This document shows positions 41,801-51,627 of a stretch of DNA of 59,817 nt, piece by piece. Location of the stretch: positions 1 to 59,817 of the IMG/VR virus record IMGVR_UViG_3300005805_009709; one strand, 5' to 3'. Below the pieces are notes generated by a model. That model saw nothing but the letters and a program-made list of their open reading frames with translations. It searched no databases and was not told the origin of the DNA. Every line of letters begins with the position of its first letter. The first letter of the stretch is position 1. Both the position numbers and the translations under genes were made by a program. This DNA comes from a virus. Lineage: Duplodnaviria; Caudoviricetes.

Positions 41801-42338
41801 AAGCGAAAAAATTAGAGTCAGGGGATTTGAAAACGAAGAGTATCTGGCCAATACGCCATGGGCTACAGAGGCCCCTGTGTATGAAACTCCGCCAGGAGAA
41901 GTTCCATTGGATGATCCTCGATTATCCATCGAGTTTTCTTTAGTAGACGCTTTAAACAGAGATATCGTCAACATGTTCTCGAGTTTAGATGAGATGGCAA
42001 ATGCGATCGCAAGCCCTGAGCTTGCATTTTCTCCTGACTATCCCGATCTAGAAAAGCTTCGAGACGTGTATTTTAATCGTATTTCTGAAAAACTAAATTT
42101 CAAAAGCTTTTTTGAATTCTATCGCTGGTTCGATCTTTCAATTAGCACTTTTATTGAGCAATTGGTTCCTCGAAAGACTCGCTTCAAAGGAACTAATTTT
42201 ACCGTCGAATCTCATATGCTAGAACGCCATAAAATCGAATACCAATCTAGCGAGATATACCTTGGTGATACCAACAGAAATAGAATTAGAGACACTTTAT
42301 TAGTCCAGCAAGTCGTAGGAACTTTAAGCAAATATTGA
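38877..42338 (+). CDS. Large baseplate wedge/tail protein with LamG-like domains (gp7-like)
   Basis: SGTIDELRIF, LYYRFNE, NMPDILRSKGT..SIRSFLRSLGI, IESHMLER-like C-terminus. Confidence 0.65.
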   Translation: MSTKNNSPYIPSFLKAALSDTRPAQLTFLDLVDTNIKSTSSFKYEPLDYPLKNTQQLNLDWSLFENHTFFQSAEVKTNVAFDQIINGYPFDGTKKEVEAFFDKIGGFEKWVFDQLPKFSGQLHFSGTQLGETPSNGFNAELGTWISVIDSAGALYPDISKNKSGESVLNPPVDKSLTIEMQLYLPVSSSGRQVILQKLSSDKTEGFTLHLEPSTSTEVKGVFSIVSGAVQNHVSTTLEKGKFNHVCVSLNRETGLDFLQFFRNEILDAESEKKDISAFSSTSNLLIGSGSSFYITGALVSPEQTLSGTIDELRIFHSYRTISQQQAYANKGMYATDPLKLYYRFNEPSSSLSSVASDDVNRIVLDSSGNALHALINNFSVSLRESAKADILNPIVNERPEFTTILFPYNPDVVSLNNELLTSASIYDQANPNLITKLIPRHYLREGAFEEGFANTAVEGTIGDSYGGQGIPGQGQLGSAQVMLTFLYIWAKFFDEIKMLVDAFKTLRTVDYNLNDTIPNNFLNDFIRYYGVYLPPMFNSANIQQYVEGEDINEISVNDVTIRDVQAKLLRRVLINMPDILRSKGTQHSIRSFLRSLGIDPDNSLRIREFGGPSLRQFGTSREVKTDVAAVVNFHTASLVMTPFLSASRVEPGYPPPSGSFVLNSQNKIIGTTAPTDGLLTSGSWTFEGSYKFTIEDIAQATGPQSLVRFETTGSATTAQQGVIANLIFSGSVLQAFFRPGMDTSSPTLNLFLSANLYDGNRWNVSFGCYRNDSIDSDVSSSYFLRAATQNAGDITESYVTSSFFFETPSGEKNAFRLLDATYNASGSRLSIGNDSNIPAGGLGYRYLNSTLDVDDLARTAEFVGHVNNVRFWSKGLTEEEWKEHVRNYKSFGVENPLTNYNYVTNKTGSFEKLRLSIFEKQTTLTASAAGAIQFLDFSENLFHASGTGFPATGSAITTDLISYSYISPYFDEYSTSEKIRVRGFENEEYLANTPWATEAPVYETPPGEVPLDDPRLSIEFSLVDALNRDIVNMFSSLDEMANAIASPELAFSPDYPDLEKLRDVYFNRISEKLNFKSFFEFYRWFDLSISTFIEQLVPRKTRFKGTNFTVESHMLERHKIEYQSSEIYLGDTNRNRIRDTLLVQQVVGTLSKY

Positions 42339-42348
42339 GTGATGGTTT

Positions 42349-43302
42349 ATGGATATATTTTTTAGAAATTTTTTCTCGACAATCGAGCAATACGAAGCGA
42401 CCATAAAGACCGCATTCGACGAAGGACCTGTTGTCATAAGAACGGCCGCTGGGACGAACACTTCAAGCATAAACACTTCAGAAATTGATCGATTTAGACA
42501 AGGCGTTGAAATAACACAAAACAAACACACGTTAGGACTAGTAAAGATATATGCAGGTACGCCTGGTCATATTGTCAAGCCAATAAGCTATGGTGTGAGC
42601 GATTATGATATCATCACGACTGGTTCATTCCATGAAGTTGATTACTTTGACCCAGCAGAATATCTTCGAGCGCAACAAAATTCTTTAACGGCAAGTGTAA
42701 CATTTCCGATTATAGCCGGTGATAACGATACGACCAGCAATTACGATTTTAATGGAATAATAGAGCCTCTTTCAATCCGCGCAGTCGCTTCATTCTTTTC
42801 TATTGAGTTTCCTTTTGAAGCTCACGCGGCGAGGGGCACACTTATGGGTGGCAACGTAGAAGATTTCAAGCTTTCAACAGAGCAAGTTTTAACTATCGAC
42901 TATGTTCCGACTAAGCTCGTGCCAATCAAAAATTTAGCGACAGGATCCATAGAAGGTAACCGCGCTTTCGAAAATAAAGCTTGGTTCTTGGACTCATCTA
43001 TAAGTCTATTGTCAAGTTCTCAAGCTTCGACCACGACAGACATACCTACGCTCGGTGCGGGCCGGATAAATCCAGACTTAAACGTGATTCTTCCATTCAA
43101 TGATACAAGAAAATATTTGAATGCTCTAGGAATAACGACCATCACGCACGGTGCTGATATGGTCAATGTTTTCAGTACAATGACAGGGTCAAATGAAAAT
43201 TATGTTCCACCTGGTAAAAAATCGGCTACAACCGGCTTCGTATATGATAATATAGGATACGCAGGGACGGATTCAATCGCATTCGGAGGCATGACATATT
43301 GA
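42349..43302 (+). CDS. Putative virion protein
   Basis: Operon context; Ser/Thr/Gly-rich; C-terminal GTDSIAFGG. Confidence 0.55.
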   Translation: MDIFFRNFFSTIEQYEATIKTAFDEGPVVIRTAAGTNTSSINTSEIDRFRQGVEITQNKHTLGLVKIYAGTPGHIVKPISYGVSDYDIITTGSFHEVDYFDPAEYLRAQQNSLTASVTFPIIAGDNDTTSNYDFNGIIEPLSIRAVASFFSIEFPFEAHAARGTLMGGNVEDFKLSTEQVLTIDYVPTKLVPIKNLATGSIEGNRAFENKAWFLDSSISLLSSSQASTTTDIPTLGAGRINPDLNVILPFNDTRKYLNALGITTITHGADMVNVFSTMTGSNENYVPPGKKSATTGFVYDNIGYAGTDSIAFGGMTY

Positions 43303-43303
43303 T

Positions 43304-46246
43304 ATGGCTACGAGTAAAGCATTAAGAGCAGCGCCTCCTAAAATTTTGGATAACTACGTCACATCCATTAAGCGATTATATGGCGGTCCTGATACTGTGC
43401 CCGATGAGTTATTTTTAACTAAAGGAACTATTCTAATTCCAGGTTCGGCCGCTGGTGCAGGTAATTCTGTTCTCACGACACCTATCGGATTTAACGTTGA
43501 ATTAAACGGTAAAACCTACAAAGAATTTTCAGTATCAGACGCAGGATGGATGTTTCTTCGCGACCCAGCAGGCGGCAGCACAGGCATGGGTGGTGGAAGC
43601 TGGTTTTATTATGATGTCATCTATAATCCTGCAGCTCCACCGAATCAAGCTATTGAGACTTCTAATGAATTTATTTTACCGAACTTTAGCTATGACCATA
43701 TCCTTCTTGCGCCGTGGTTTGGAACAGACTTGACACAACTCGCAACCACGGTTGATCAGATAGAAATAGCTTACTCACTCACAAGTGCAGATAAAGAAAA
43801 CATTGCACAGGGTGGAGACACAAGAAAATTTCCCTATAATCTTGTCGATAATGGTGTGAGATGCTTGAATGGTGTTGATTCTGAAAAAGGAAGATATCTT
43901 CTCGTAAGATGGTCGATGGCTTCTAACTATTACACTTACAAATTCAAATTTGAAGTTGCTATCTATGAGAATGGATTAATTGAATATAGATACTGGCCAT
44001 TAGAAACACTAGCACCTTCTTCTGCTAGCACTCCTTTAATAGAGGTCACCGTCGGAGGATTCTGGTCCGGTCCAAGTACCGGCGCAAATAAATTTAGAGA
44101 TTTTTCGACGCTTTTAGATTATCGAAAGATTGATAGGTCGATATCTTCTCTTGGTGGTGCGGTATACGATACAAGCTTTACAGAAGCAAAGACAAGTGCA
44201 TATAGAAGTGCGCCATATGCTGTCAAAGTATCTGCGACTAATTGGCCAAAAAATGGCGCTGTGATAACTCTAGCGCCTCCAGTTAATCCCGCAAAATTCT
44301 TACCAAAGAAACTAACACCCATTATTTCTTCTAATAAAGAGATTGTTAGAAGCCCAGGACTGTTTGATGATAGAAGATCAATCAGCTTTAAAACAGGATC
44401 GTTGATCAATCTTCCATCTAATCTTCCATCTCGCCTATTTGGTGATACAGGAGATATGAATGTTTCTATTCAACAACTTCTTTTTACGAGTGGAAGCATT
44501 GTTGTGACAGGTAGCGTCAATAAAGTAGTCTTTGACTCGCAGCTCCAGCAATTAGAAGCTTTAGATAACTTGAAACAATCTGCCGATTTTTCATTCAATG
44601 AAGCGCAAAAAAACTATGATTCGACTTCAAAAGTCACGGAATTTTACGCGACTGGTTCTTCAATTTCTTTTTTCGGTGAAGGATTTACAGCTCCACTTAA
44701 ATCAAAAACACAATTTCAAATTTCTTTACCGGTAACTAAGCAAACTACTCTGCCTTCATTGACATCTTCAATCTACTATTATGATAGCAGTTTTAGTCAG
44801 TGGATGAAAAAAGCCTCAGAATTTAGCAATAACATAAAAACTAAAACTTTAACTTCAAATTATGTGGAAGGAGATTATGACGATTATTACACTTATAGAG
44901 TTACAGAAACGGCAATTGGATTTGACGCGGTAGGAAGAAAAGTTGTTTCTGGAACTATTCCCGCCTCATTTCAATCAACCTCAAGACAGTCTGACATCTC
45001 AATTGGAGGAATTTTCAACGCGCCATACCCTTCTAGACTTAGCACAAGTGGTGTGGAAATAGCCATGGATTCTATTGAAAAAAGCGTGAAATCTCAGTCG
45101 ACAGCAATAAACAAAAAATATCTAAATTCCATCACAGAAAATTCGGCTTTTTGCCCGGACGTTTCACAAAAGTTCGACTTACCGATTGATTATCCATTTT
45201 TGATAGAAAAAGTGATAGTGGAAATTCCTCTATATATTTCCGGAGCCTGGTTCAATGATATCACAACATGCAATAAGGCTTTTGGTGATGTCGGCCAAGC
45301 AGCAGGTCTTACATCTGGAAGCATTGACTTTGGAGGACCGGGTCTCACGTTCTCACTAATGTGTGGTAGAGAAAATGGTAGCTTCTGTTTTCTAGATCTC
45401 ATTGCTTCTGGAACCATCACACATGTTAACGATAATACAGGTAGCGTCACGCTTTATAAAAATTCCGGAATGAACAATTACGTTTTAAGGCCTGTTGGCT
45501 TTAAAGCATTTTCCAATCCATCTACAGTAATTTCAGGAACAAATAATATTTTCAATTCGAAAGTTAAATTGGAGCTCGAAGCATCCATTGCTGGTGGGTT
45601 AACTCTAGCAAGAAATGATCGATCAGTTCATCCGGGCGCAGAGGGTCCTTCTAGCTTTGTTTCATTCATTAGTGATAATAGAAATGCTTGCATCAACTTG
45701 TTAACATCACCTCTCTTACCATCTGAAGGTGGCGCAGCTTTCAACGATTATGATGCAAAAGTTGCATATGACACATATGCAAATAGAGCGCCCCGCGTCT
45801 ACCTACAACAAGTCAGTCCGCTTCCTCGAGGTTCAACAGGTTTCGAATTTAATGGAAATTCTATTCTGGGTGGGAACGTCGCGTATTTTAATTTAACTCC
45901 ATTCGTTAACAATCCACTTTATTATTCTTCTAGTGGATCCCTATCGGCGGAATTAAAATCAAAAATTGATACAGCGGATTTTACTTTTGAAGCGATATCC
46001 ATTTATTCTTTTGTCAACTCTCGCCCTGCACCGTACCTAGTTTTTCCAGGTGATAAGTTAACGATAGCGTTTTCAAAAACGAGGCCTGTTTCGTATAAAA
46101 TGTATGGTAATAATCCTTTCGGCGTTTGGGATTACACTTCTTATGATTTGACGGGTAGCCATGGCACGGTTATGTTAAACACCGGGTCGATAGATATCAC
46201 TGTGTACGGTAGTTATGTTCGAGAAGGAATGGAGTATCATCCATGA
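43304..46246 (+). CDS. Putative large virion/tail protein
   Basis: Ser/Thr-rich beta protein; N-terminal PIGF..NGKTY..FEVAIYENG.IEYRY domain. Confidence 0.55.
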   Translation: MATSKALRAAPPKILDNYVTSIKRLYGGPDTVPDELFLTKGTILIPGSAAGAGNSVLTTPIGFNVELNGKTYKEFSVSDAGWMFLRDPAGGSTGMGGGSWFYYDVIYNPAAPPNQAIETSNEFILPNFSYDHILLAPWFGTDLTQLATTVDQIEIAYSLTSADKENIAQGGDTRKFPYNLVDNGVRCLNGVDSEKGRYLLVRWSMASNYYTYKFKFEVAIYENGLIEYRYWPLETLAPSSASTPLIEVTVGGFWSGPSTGANKFRDFSTLLDYRKIDRSISSLGGAVYDTSFTEAKTSAYRSAPYAVKVSATNWPKNGAVITLAPPVNPAKFLPKKLTPIISSNKEIVRSPGLFDDRRSISFKTGSLINLPSNLPSRLFGDTGDMNVSIQQLLFTSGSIVVTGSVNKVVFDSQLQQLEALDNLKQSADFSFNEAQKNYDSTSKVTEFYATGSSISFFGEGFTAPLKSKTQFQISLPVTKQTTLPSLTSSIYYYDSSFSQWMKKASEFSNNIKTKTLTSNYVEGDYDDYYTYRVTETAIGFDAVGRKVVSGTIPASFQSTSRQSDISIGGIFNAPYPSRLSTSGVEIAMDSIEKSVKSQSTAINKKYLNSITENSAFCPDVSQKFDLPIDYPFLIEKVIVEIPLYISGAWFNDITTCNKAFGDVGQAAGLTSGSIDFGGPGLTFSLMCGRENGSFCFLDLIASGTITHVNDNTGSVTLYKNSGMNNYVLRPVGFKAFSNPSTVISGTNNIFNSKVKLELEASIAGGLTLARNDRSVHPGAEGPSSFVSFISDNRNACINLLTSPLLPSEGGAAFNDYDAKVAYDTYANRAPRVYLQQVSPLPRGSTGFEFNGNSILGGNVAYFNLTPFVNNPLYYSSSGSLSAELKSKIDTADFTFEAISIYSFVNSRPAPYLVFPGDKLTIAFSKTRPVSYKMYGNNPFGVWDYTSYDLTGSHGTVMLNTGSIDITVYGSYVREGMEYHP

Positions 46247-47577
46247 AATGGGATAATACAGACGCAATTTTCAGCACAATCGGCAACTATCCTATAGTCG
46301 ATCAATTCGACGTGTTGTATTCAAACTTACAGACTGGCACAACTTACGACAATTACATTACAGGTGCATTATTAAAATCAATATCCGTTAGCGGAAGCAC
46401 TGGAGAAAGAGGACTTGCATTCAACAAATTAGCCGTTTCTCAAACAGCTTTACCCGACACAGGCGCATTGACATCTACTGACGATCCTTTTCAAAGCTAT
46501 AAATTACAACCATGGAGAGAAAGAGCTGGTCTCATTAGAAATTTAAGAATTTTTTCTAACTCAGAAAGATTCTACGATTCTCTAGCACCAAACTTGAATG
46601 ATATGGTAACTCTTACAGGCGGCCGACTTTATCGTTCGCCCTTTAGTGGAATTGTTTTTACGTTTGGAAACGATGTGACTATTGGATCCTTCACGTCCTA
46701 TAGCTCGATAGGCTTCGTTGAGTCGTTTCCATTTGAACCTCTTTATTCCACAGTAAATCGCCAAGAAAGAGTATCTAAGCGCTTTACTACCGATGTCGAT
46801 TCTTCGGGAAATTCGCTCACCCGAATTTTTGTCACGACAAATCTCATAGTTAGAGATCTTACTCGATTTTTAGACGCTACAATAAATTCTTTTACTGATG
46901 GAGGATTTTGGACGAAGTATGTTTCCTCAACATCCAATAGACCGATAGAAGGACCTGCTGAAGAAGATTTATCAAAGATTCTGTTTGGGTTTGGTGATGG
47001 AAGAACACAGACACCAACACCATTCGATACATACTCACAGCCTCCTCGCAAATATTTACCGATGTATAGAAAGCTGGGTGAAGGATCCAGCTATAAAATA
47101 TTAGTTTCTCCAATAATTCGTGGATGGAAATATGGATTGATTGATGGTAATCCTCACTACACAAGTTGTGTCTTTAGAAGAGATAGATATGGTCAATTCA
47201 GAGACATGCTTGAGCAACGTTTGATCTCTACTTCTTATACGGATACAAGAAATTCCCCAACTAAATACTTTGGAAGCTTTGAAGAACCAAGCATGCCATC
47301 GACAGTTGATTCAGAAAACTCTATAAAAGAAGGCACAATTACACGTCCACTTGAAGTTAAGTTTTTACGACAAGCAGTCGTCGATAACAAGCAACAATAT
47401 TTTACTGAATCTCCTGTAAATACGTGGTCTTCAAACCTTAGTTTATACGCTACTTCTTCTCTACCATTTTTCGATGGTGTCAATAGAAATAGAAGCGAAA
47501 TAACAACACCACCAAACAGCTATTTCGTGACTAACTATCTTGATATCACGGGTAATTCGACAGTAAACATTGGATAA
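46243..47577 (+). CDS. Putative virion protein
   Basis: Operon context; RGWKYG, FRRDRYGQFRDMLEQR. Confidence 0.55.
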   Translation: MKWDNTDAIFSTIGNYPIVDQFDVLYSNLQTGTTYDNYITGALLKSISVSGSTGERGLAFNKLAVSQTALPDTGALTSTDDPFQSYKLQPWRERAGLIRNLRIFSNSERFYDSLAPNLNDMVTLTGGRLYRSPFSGIVFTFGNDVTIGSFTSYSSIGFVESFPFEPLYSTVNRQERVSKRFTTDVDSSGNSLTRIFVTTNLIVRDLTRFLDATINSFTDGGFWTKYVSSTSNRPIEGPAEEDLSKILFGFGDGRTQTPTPFDTYSQPPRKYLPMYRKLGEGSSYKILVSPIIRGWKYGLIDGNPHYTSCVFRRDRYGQFRDMLEQRLISTSYTDTRNSPTKYFGSFEEPSMPSTVDSENSIKEGTITRPLEVKFLRQAVVDNKQQYFTESPVNTWSSNLSLYATSSLPFFDGVNRNRSEITTPPNSYFVTNYLDITGNSTVNIG

Positions 47578-47580
47578 CAT

Positions 47581-50124
47581 ATGTTAAAGCCTACTGTAAC
47601 CCAAGCTTCTGAAAGTGGACTTATTGCAGTAACAAATAAGAACACGAAAAAAATTGAGAGGATAGCTTCACTCGCGGATTTGCAAATTGGATTACCCGAT
47701 CTATCCGCAAAATTACAGCTGTTCGGAGATTTAATCTTGAAAGCTTCCAGCGTAACTTTGGATGGTGGTGTAACATACACAACTCCAAAAAACACAAATT
47801 GCATAAACATTTTTTATTCAGGTATAGGCTCTGGCGCCATAACAATAAAACTACCAGAAAAAAAGACAACTGGTCAAATAGCAATTATTAAAGATGCATC
47901 GGGCGATGCAAGCACTATTAATTTGACCCTTTCGACGAGTGATAATACTACGATCGATGGCGCATCGACGCAGACAATTTCGACAGATTATGAAGCAAAA
48001 ATTTTGCTCTGGAATGGCACAGAATGGATAACGATCGCGTCTAATTCAGGTGGAGGAAGCGGTGCACCAACAAACGCGCAATATGTAACTTTAGCCACCA
48101 ATGGAACTTTGACAGATGAACGAGTTCTTACTGCAGGAACCGGTATCTCAATTGTGGATGGTGGGGCTGGTAGCACGGTAACAATTTCAACGACCGGTGC
48201 TGGTAGTGGTGACGTCGTGGGTCCCGCAAGCGCTACAGATAATGCGGTTGTCAGATTCGACTTAACAACAGGCAAGTTAATACAAAACTCGGGTGTGTTG
48301 ATTGATGATTCAAACAATACAACGATCCCAGGTGATCTCGCTGTGAATGGTCCAACCAGCGCTGATATCACAACTACAACAACGACGGCAACAGTTTTTA
48401 ACAGCACAGCTACAACACTAAACATAGGTGGCGCAGCGACAGCAATTACACTTGGTGATTCTACAACTGCGACCACAACGGTCCGCGGTGGAACATTAGT
48501 AGGTAATGCTACGACTCAAAACATTTTCAATACAACTGCTACGACAGTAAATGCCTTTGGTGCTGCGACAGCGATTACTCTTGGTGCTACCCCCACAGCG
48601 ACTACGACAATTCGAGGTGGCACGCTAGTTGGAGATCAAACTACTCAAAATCTATTCAATACAGTCGCTACAACACTCAATATAGGTGGTGGCTCGACGG
48701 CCGCTGTCAATATCGGAAATTCTTCAGCGACAAACACGGTCAGCGGTAAGACAAAATTTCCGCAAGGTTTGTCAGGTTCACTCACAAAGCTAGACGATGG
48801 AACTTCATATTTAATTGCAGGTGAACGTGTAACAATCACATCTGCATCCAACGGTGCAGTTACAATTAATTCGACGGGAGCCGATGCAGCTGCATCCTAT
48901 GTCGTGATATCTGCAACGGGTTCTTTAGCCAATGAAAGAGTTCTCACTGCAGGCTCAGGTATCTCAATTCTTGATAATGGTGCTGGAAATTCCGTAACAA
49001 TTTCGGCCACAGGTGGAGTCCCTGGAGGTTCCGATAGTGAAGTTCAGTTCAACGATAGCGGGACCTTTAACGGAGATCTAGGGTTAAGATACAATAGAAT
49101 TACAGACACTCTTATCGGCGTAAATCTTATTTTATCTGGCGACTTGACAGTTAATGGAACCACAACTACTATCAATACAAACAACCTTGAAGTTAAAGAT
49201 AGTTTAATTGGGCTGGGCTTTGCATCAGGCTCTGTCGCACAAACCGACGGTGATCGTGGTATTATTATGTCGCGCCAGGGTGGTTCAGGTAACAGAACAT
49301 TTTATTGGAGCAATAGTCTCAATGAATTTGCTGTTGTCGCTTCGACAACACCTCCTGCAAGCTCTTCAATCTCAGTAAATTTCTATACTGACTTCCACGC
49401 CGCCAATATCCAAGGTGATATTGTTTCTTCTAGCCTCGGGTTCTCTGGTTCTCACACAAGATTAATCGATGGAACATCAGCATTTATCGCAGGAAGTAAT
49501 ATAACGATAACTTCTGCATCTAATGGCGCAGTAACAATCGCAGCGACGAGTGGAGGAGGGACTCCTGCGGGTAATGATACAGAAATTCAATTCAACGACG
49601 CAGGTTCTTTTGGTTCCTCTGCAAATCTAACGTACAATAGTACATCAAATCAACTTACAGTAACAGGTTCTTTTGTTGCGTCAGGAAGCGTAAATCTATA
49701 TACTAGTGGAGCTCCAGGTGTTGGAATAAAAGCCCACTCAGGTTATACAGGCTCTGATTCAAGAACAATCACTGGAGCTGTTACTACGACCGACGCCACC
49801 ACTACAACAATCGCGACAATTACAGGTAGCGCCGGCGGACCTGGTACGACTTATTGGGTTGAAGCTTTTTTTACAGCGCACAATGGAACGAATAACTTTG
49901 GTGCCGCGCAACGAGTTGCATGTTTTTACATCAACGCCTCCGGAAATAGCATGAATCAACAAGGTTCGACCCAGACACCGATAAACATTGGTCAATTTCC
50001 GACTTGGGGAGCAAATCTTACAACTCAGGGCGCCAGCATTATTGCGACAGTTACAGGTCAGGGTTCCACAACAATCGATTGGGCTTGCACAGTTAGGTAT
50101 CAAGCCGTTTCAAGCAGCCTCTAA
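47581..50124 (+). CDS. Tail fibre-like protein with internal repeats
   Basis: Thr/Gly-rich; ERVLTAG x2, VQFND/IQFND x2, TATT..IGG x3, GDLTVNGTTTTINT. Confidence 0.75.
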   Translation: MLKPTVTQASESGLIAVTNKNTKKIERIASLADLQIGLPDLSAKLQLFGDLILKASSVTLDGGVTYTTPKNTNCINIFYSGIGSGAITIKLPEKKTTGQIAIIKDASGDASTINLTLSTSDNTTIDGASTQTISTDYEAKILLWNGTEWITIASNSGGGSGAPTNAQYVTLATNGTLTDERVLTAGTGISIVDGGAGSTVTISTTGAGSGDVVGPASATDNAVVRFDLTTGKLIQNSGVLIDDSNNTTIPGDLAVNGPTSADITTTTTTATVFNSTATTLNIGGAATAITLGDSTTATTTVRGGTLVGNATTQNIFNTTATTVNAFGAATAITLGATPTATTTIRGGTLVGDQTTQNLFNTVATTLNIGGGSTAAVNIGNSSATNTVSGKTKFPQGLSGSLTKLDDGTSYLIAGERVTITSASNGAVTINSTGADAAASYVVISATGSLANERVLTAGSGISILDNGAGNSVTISATGGVPGGSDSEVQFNDSGTFNGDLGLRYNRITDTLIGVNLILSGDLTVNGTTTTINTNNLEVKDSLIGLGFASGSVAQTDGDRGIIMSRQGGSGNRTFYWSNSLNEFAVVASTTPPASSSISVNFYTDFHAANIQGDIVSSSLGFSGSHTRLIDGTSAFIAGSNITITSASNGAVTIAATSGGGTPAGNDTEIQFNDAGSFGSSANLTYNSTSNQLTVTGSFVASGSVNLYTSGAPGVGIKAHSGYTGSDSRTITGAVTTTDATTTTIATITGSAGGPGTTYWVEAFFTAHNGTNNFGAAQRVACFYINASGNSMNQQGSTQTPINIGQFPTWGANLTTQGASIIATVTGQGSTTIDWACTVRYQAVSSSL

Positions 50125-50621
50125 TGTAGATCTTCTGGATTAATTTCCTGAGGTGCATCTTCGTATCCAGCCTTCGCAGCGAATAGTTCCTCAATGTTGA
50201 ACTTATGCTTCGACTTTTTCGTCAATCGAACACACTTGACATCTTCATTGTTGCGACTCTTGAATGGAATAAATTCTTCGATGGTCCATCCGCTGTGTAT
50301 TCCAATGATTTCGTTTTTTCTTAACGCATATGATTTGATGTTCTTCGCTATCCTGACCTGGTCGATTCTCAAAACTTCATTTCCTTCTGTGATAAACTCA
50401 CAGCCCATCCACTCGACCTCCATCGTCTCACCATGTCGAAGATATATCATCGTACCTAAGTTTGGATCTAATCTTGCTTCTTTCTGTAGATCTGGGTCGT
50501 GATACCAAACGTACAACGCTTCTGGAGTATCGAACACAGGGATTCTTTTTCCATTGGACCCCTTGTTCACGGTAATCCGTATCTTTTTCACGTAGGTACC
50601 TCGTTGCCCCATGCGTCCCAT
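50121..50621 (-). CDS. Hypothetical protein
   Basis: 166-aa ORF co-directional with the methylase; start uncertain. Confidence 0.55.
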   Translation of the reverse strand: MGRMGQRGTYVKKIRITVNKGSNGKRIPVFDTPEALYVWYHDPDLQKEARLDPNLGTMIYLRHGETMEVEWMGCEFITEGNEVLRIDQVRIAKNIKSYALRKNEIIGIHSGWTIEEFIPFKSRNNEDVKCVRLTKKSKHKFNIEELFAAKAGYEDAPQEINPEDLH

Positions 50622-51172
50622 CCATCGATGGACTCACGAGAAAATAGCTCAACTCGCTTCAAATCTCCCAAGAGGTCTGTGATGTTCTTTCTAAATTCAG
50701 CGGGTTTACGTGAATGAATGTTTCCGGGTCGCGCCGCGAGGACCACGTTCGGCATCGCCTCAGTCAGCAGAGGATAAGCTCGTCCTTCGCGCAACGTCGA
50801 CGCGACAAGAAGATATTCTGCGGTAGGCTTTGTGAAAGAAGGTCGAATACCCTGCCCGTGGATTATCTTTCCAGCATTGTTCGTTTTTACCCAGACCTGA
50901 AAGACGCCTCGATAGTGTAGTCCCCAATCCTCAATTAACTTACAAGTTTCTGCCATCTTAGAAGAGGTAGTCCAACAAAAGAGAATAGACTTCTTCGCCA
51001 TGATGGAACGAATCGGCAACGCCTTCAACTCTTCATATGACATCATGGAATAGTGCTTACCAGCAGCCTGGTCCTTATTCGGGTCGCCATAGTACTTCCA
51101 CGGCGGGTCGGCAAGGACGACTTGATAATCCTTTCCAACAAGTTCCGAAAAGCTCGCTGTTCGCAATTCCAT
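50588..51172 (-). CDS. MT-A70 family N6-adenine methyltransferase
   Basis: ADPPW, LFCWTT, WG..Y..WVK, HSRKP, ELFSR, WGNE. Confidence 0.9.
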   Translation of the reverse strand: MELRTASFSELVGKDYQVVLADPPWKYYGDPNKDQAAGKHYSMMSYEELKALPIRSIMAKKSILFCWTTSSKMAETCKLIEDWGLHYRGVFQVWVKTNNAGKIIHGQGIRPSFTKPTAEYLLVASTLREGRAYPLLTEAMPNVVLAARPGNIHSRKPAEFRKNITDLLGDLKRVELFSRESIDGWDAWGNEVPT

Positions 51173-51217
51173 GTGACGAATTGTATAACCTAATAAAAAA
51201 ACATAAACATAAAATGT

Positions 51218-51598
51218 CTATAAAGGCTTTAGGTTATTCGTCAATTGATTAATCAAAGATTCTTCGTTAGGCCCGAGCGCCACACAGAGGATGGTTCTTT
51301 CTTCTGCCTTTGGGTCGTCGGAAGAGAAGATAGAATGCACAGTGATTCCTTTGAGCTCAGCTTGAAAAGCAATGTCATCTAAAGCCGATTGCGAATCTAT
51401 CGTCAAAACGATGGGAGAAGAAGATCGAAGCCAATCAGCTTCTTCGTTGGATAGCTTTACGTACAGCTCATCTCTTCGGGAAGCTTCATTATTTTCAATG
51501 ATAAACTTTACGGATGCTTTCGCAGCCAATGAGGCGACCCGGCTCTTGCTCAGTTTGAGGTCTTTTCTTACGATTATCGCCTGTTTTATGTTTTGCAT
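51218..51598 (-). CDS. Peptidyl-tRNA hydrolase PTH2-like protein, degenerate active site
   Basis: KQAIIVRKDL, CVALGP, LTNNLKPL. Confidence 0.7.
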   Translation of the reverse strand: MQNIKQAIIVRKDLKLSKSRVASLAAKASVKFIIENNEASRRDELYVKLSNEEADWLRSSSPIVLTIDSQSALDDIAFQAELKGITVHSIFSSDDPKAEERTILCVALGPNEESLINQLTNNLKPL

Positions 51599-51627
51599 GC
51601 GATGATAAGATTTCCTCTTTGTAATTC

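Noticed and set aside
31626-50124. T6SS, eCIS or tailocin locus
   Set aside because: Ligase, two sigma factors, endolysin and phage-type accessory genes indicate a phage genome
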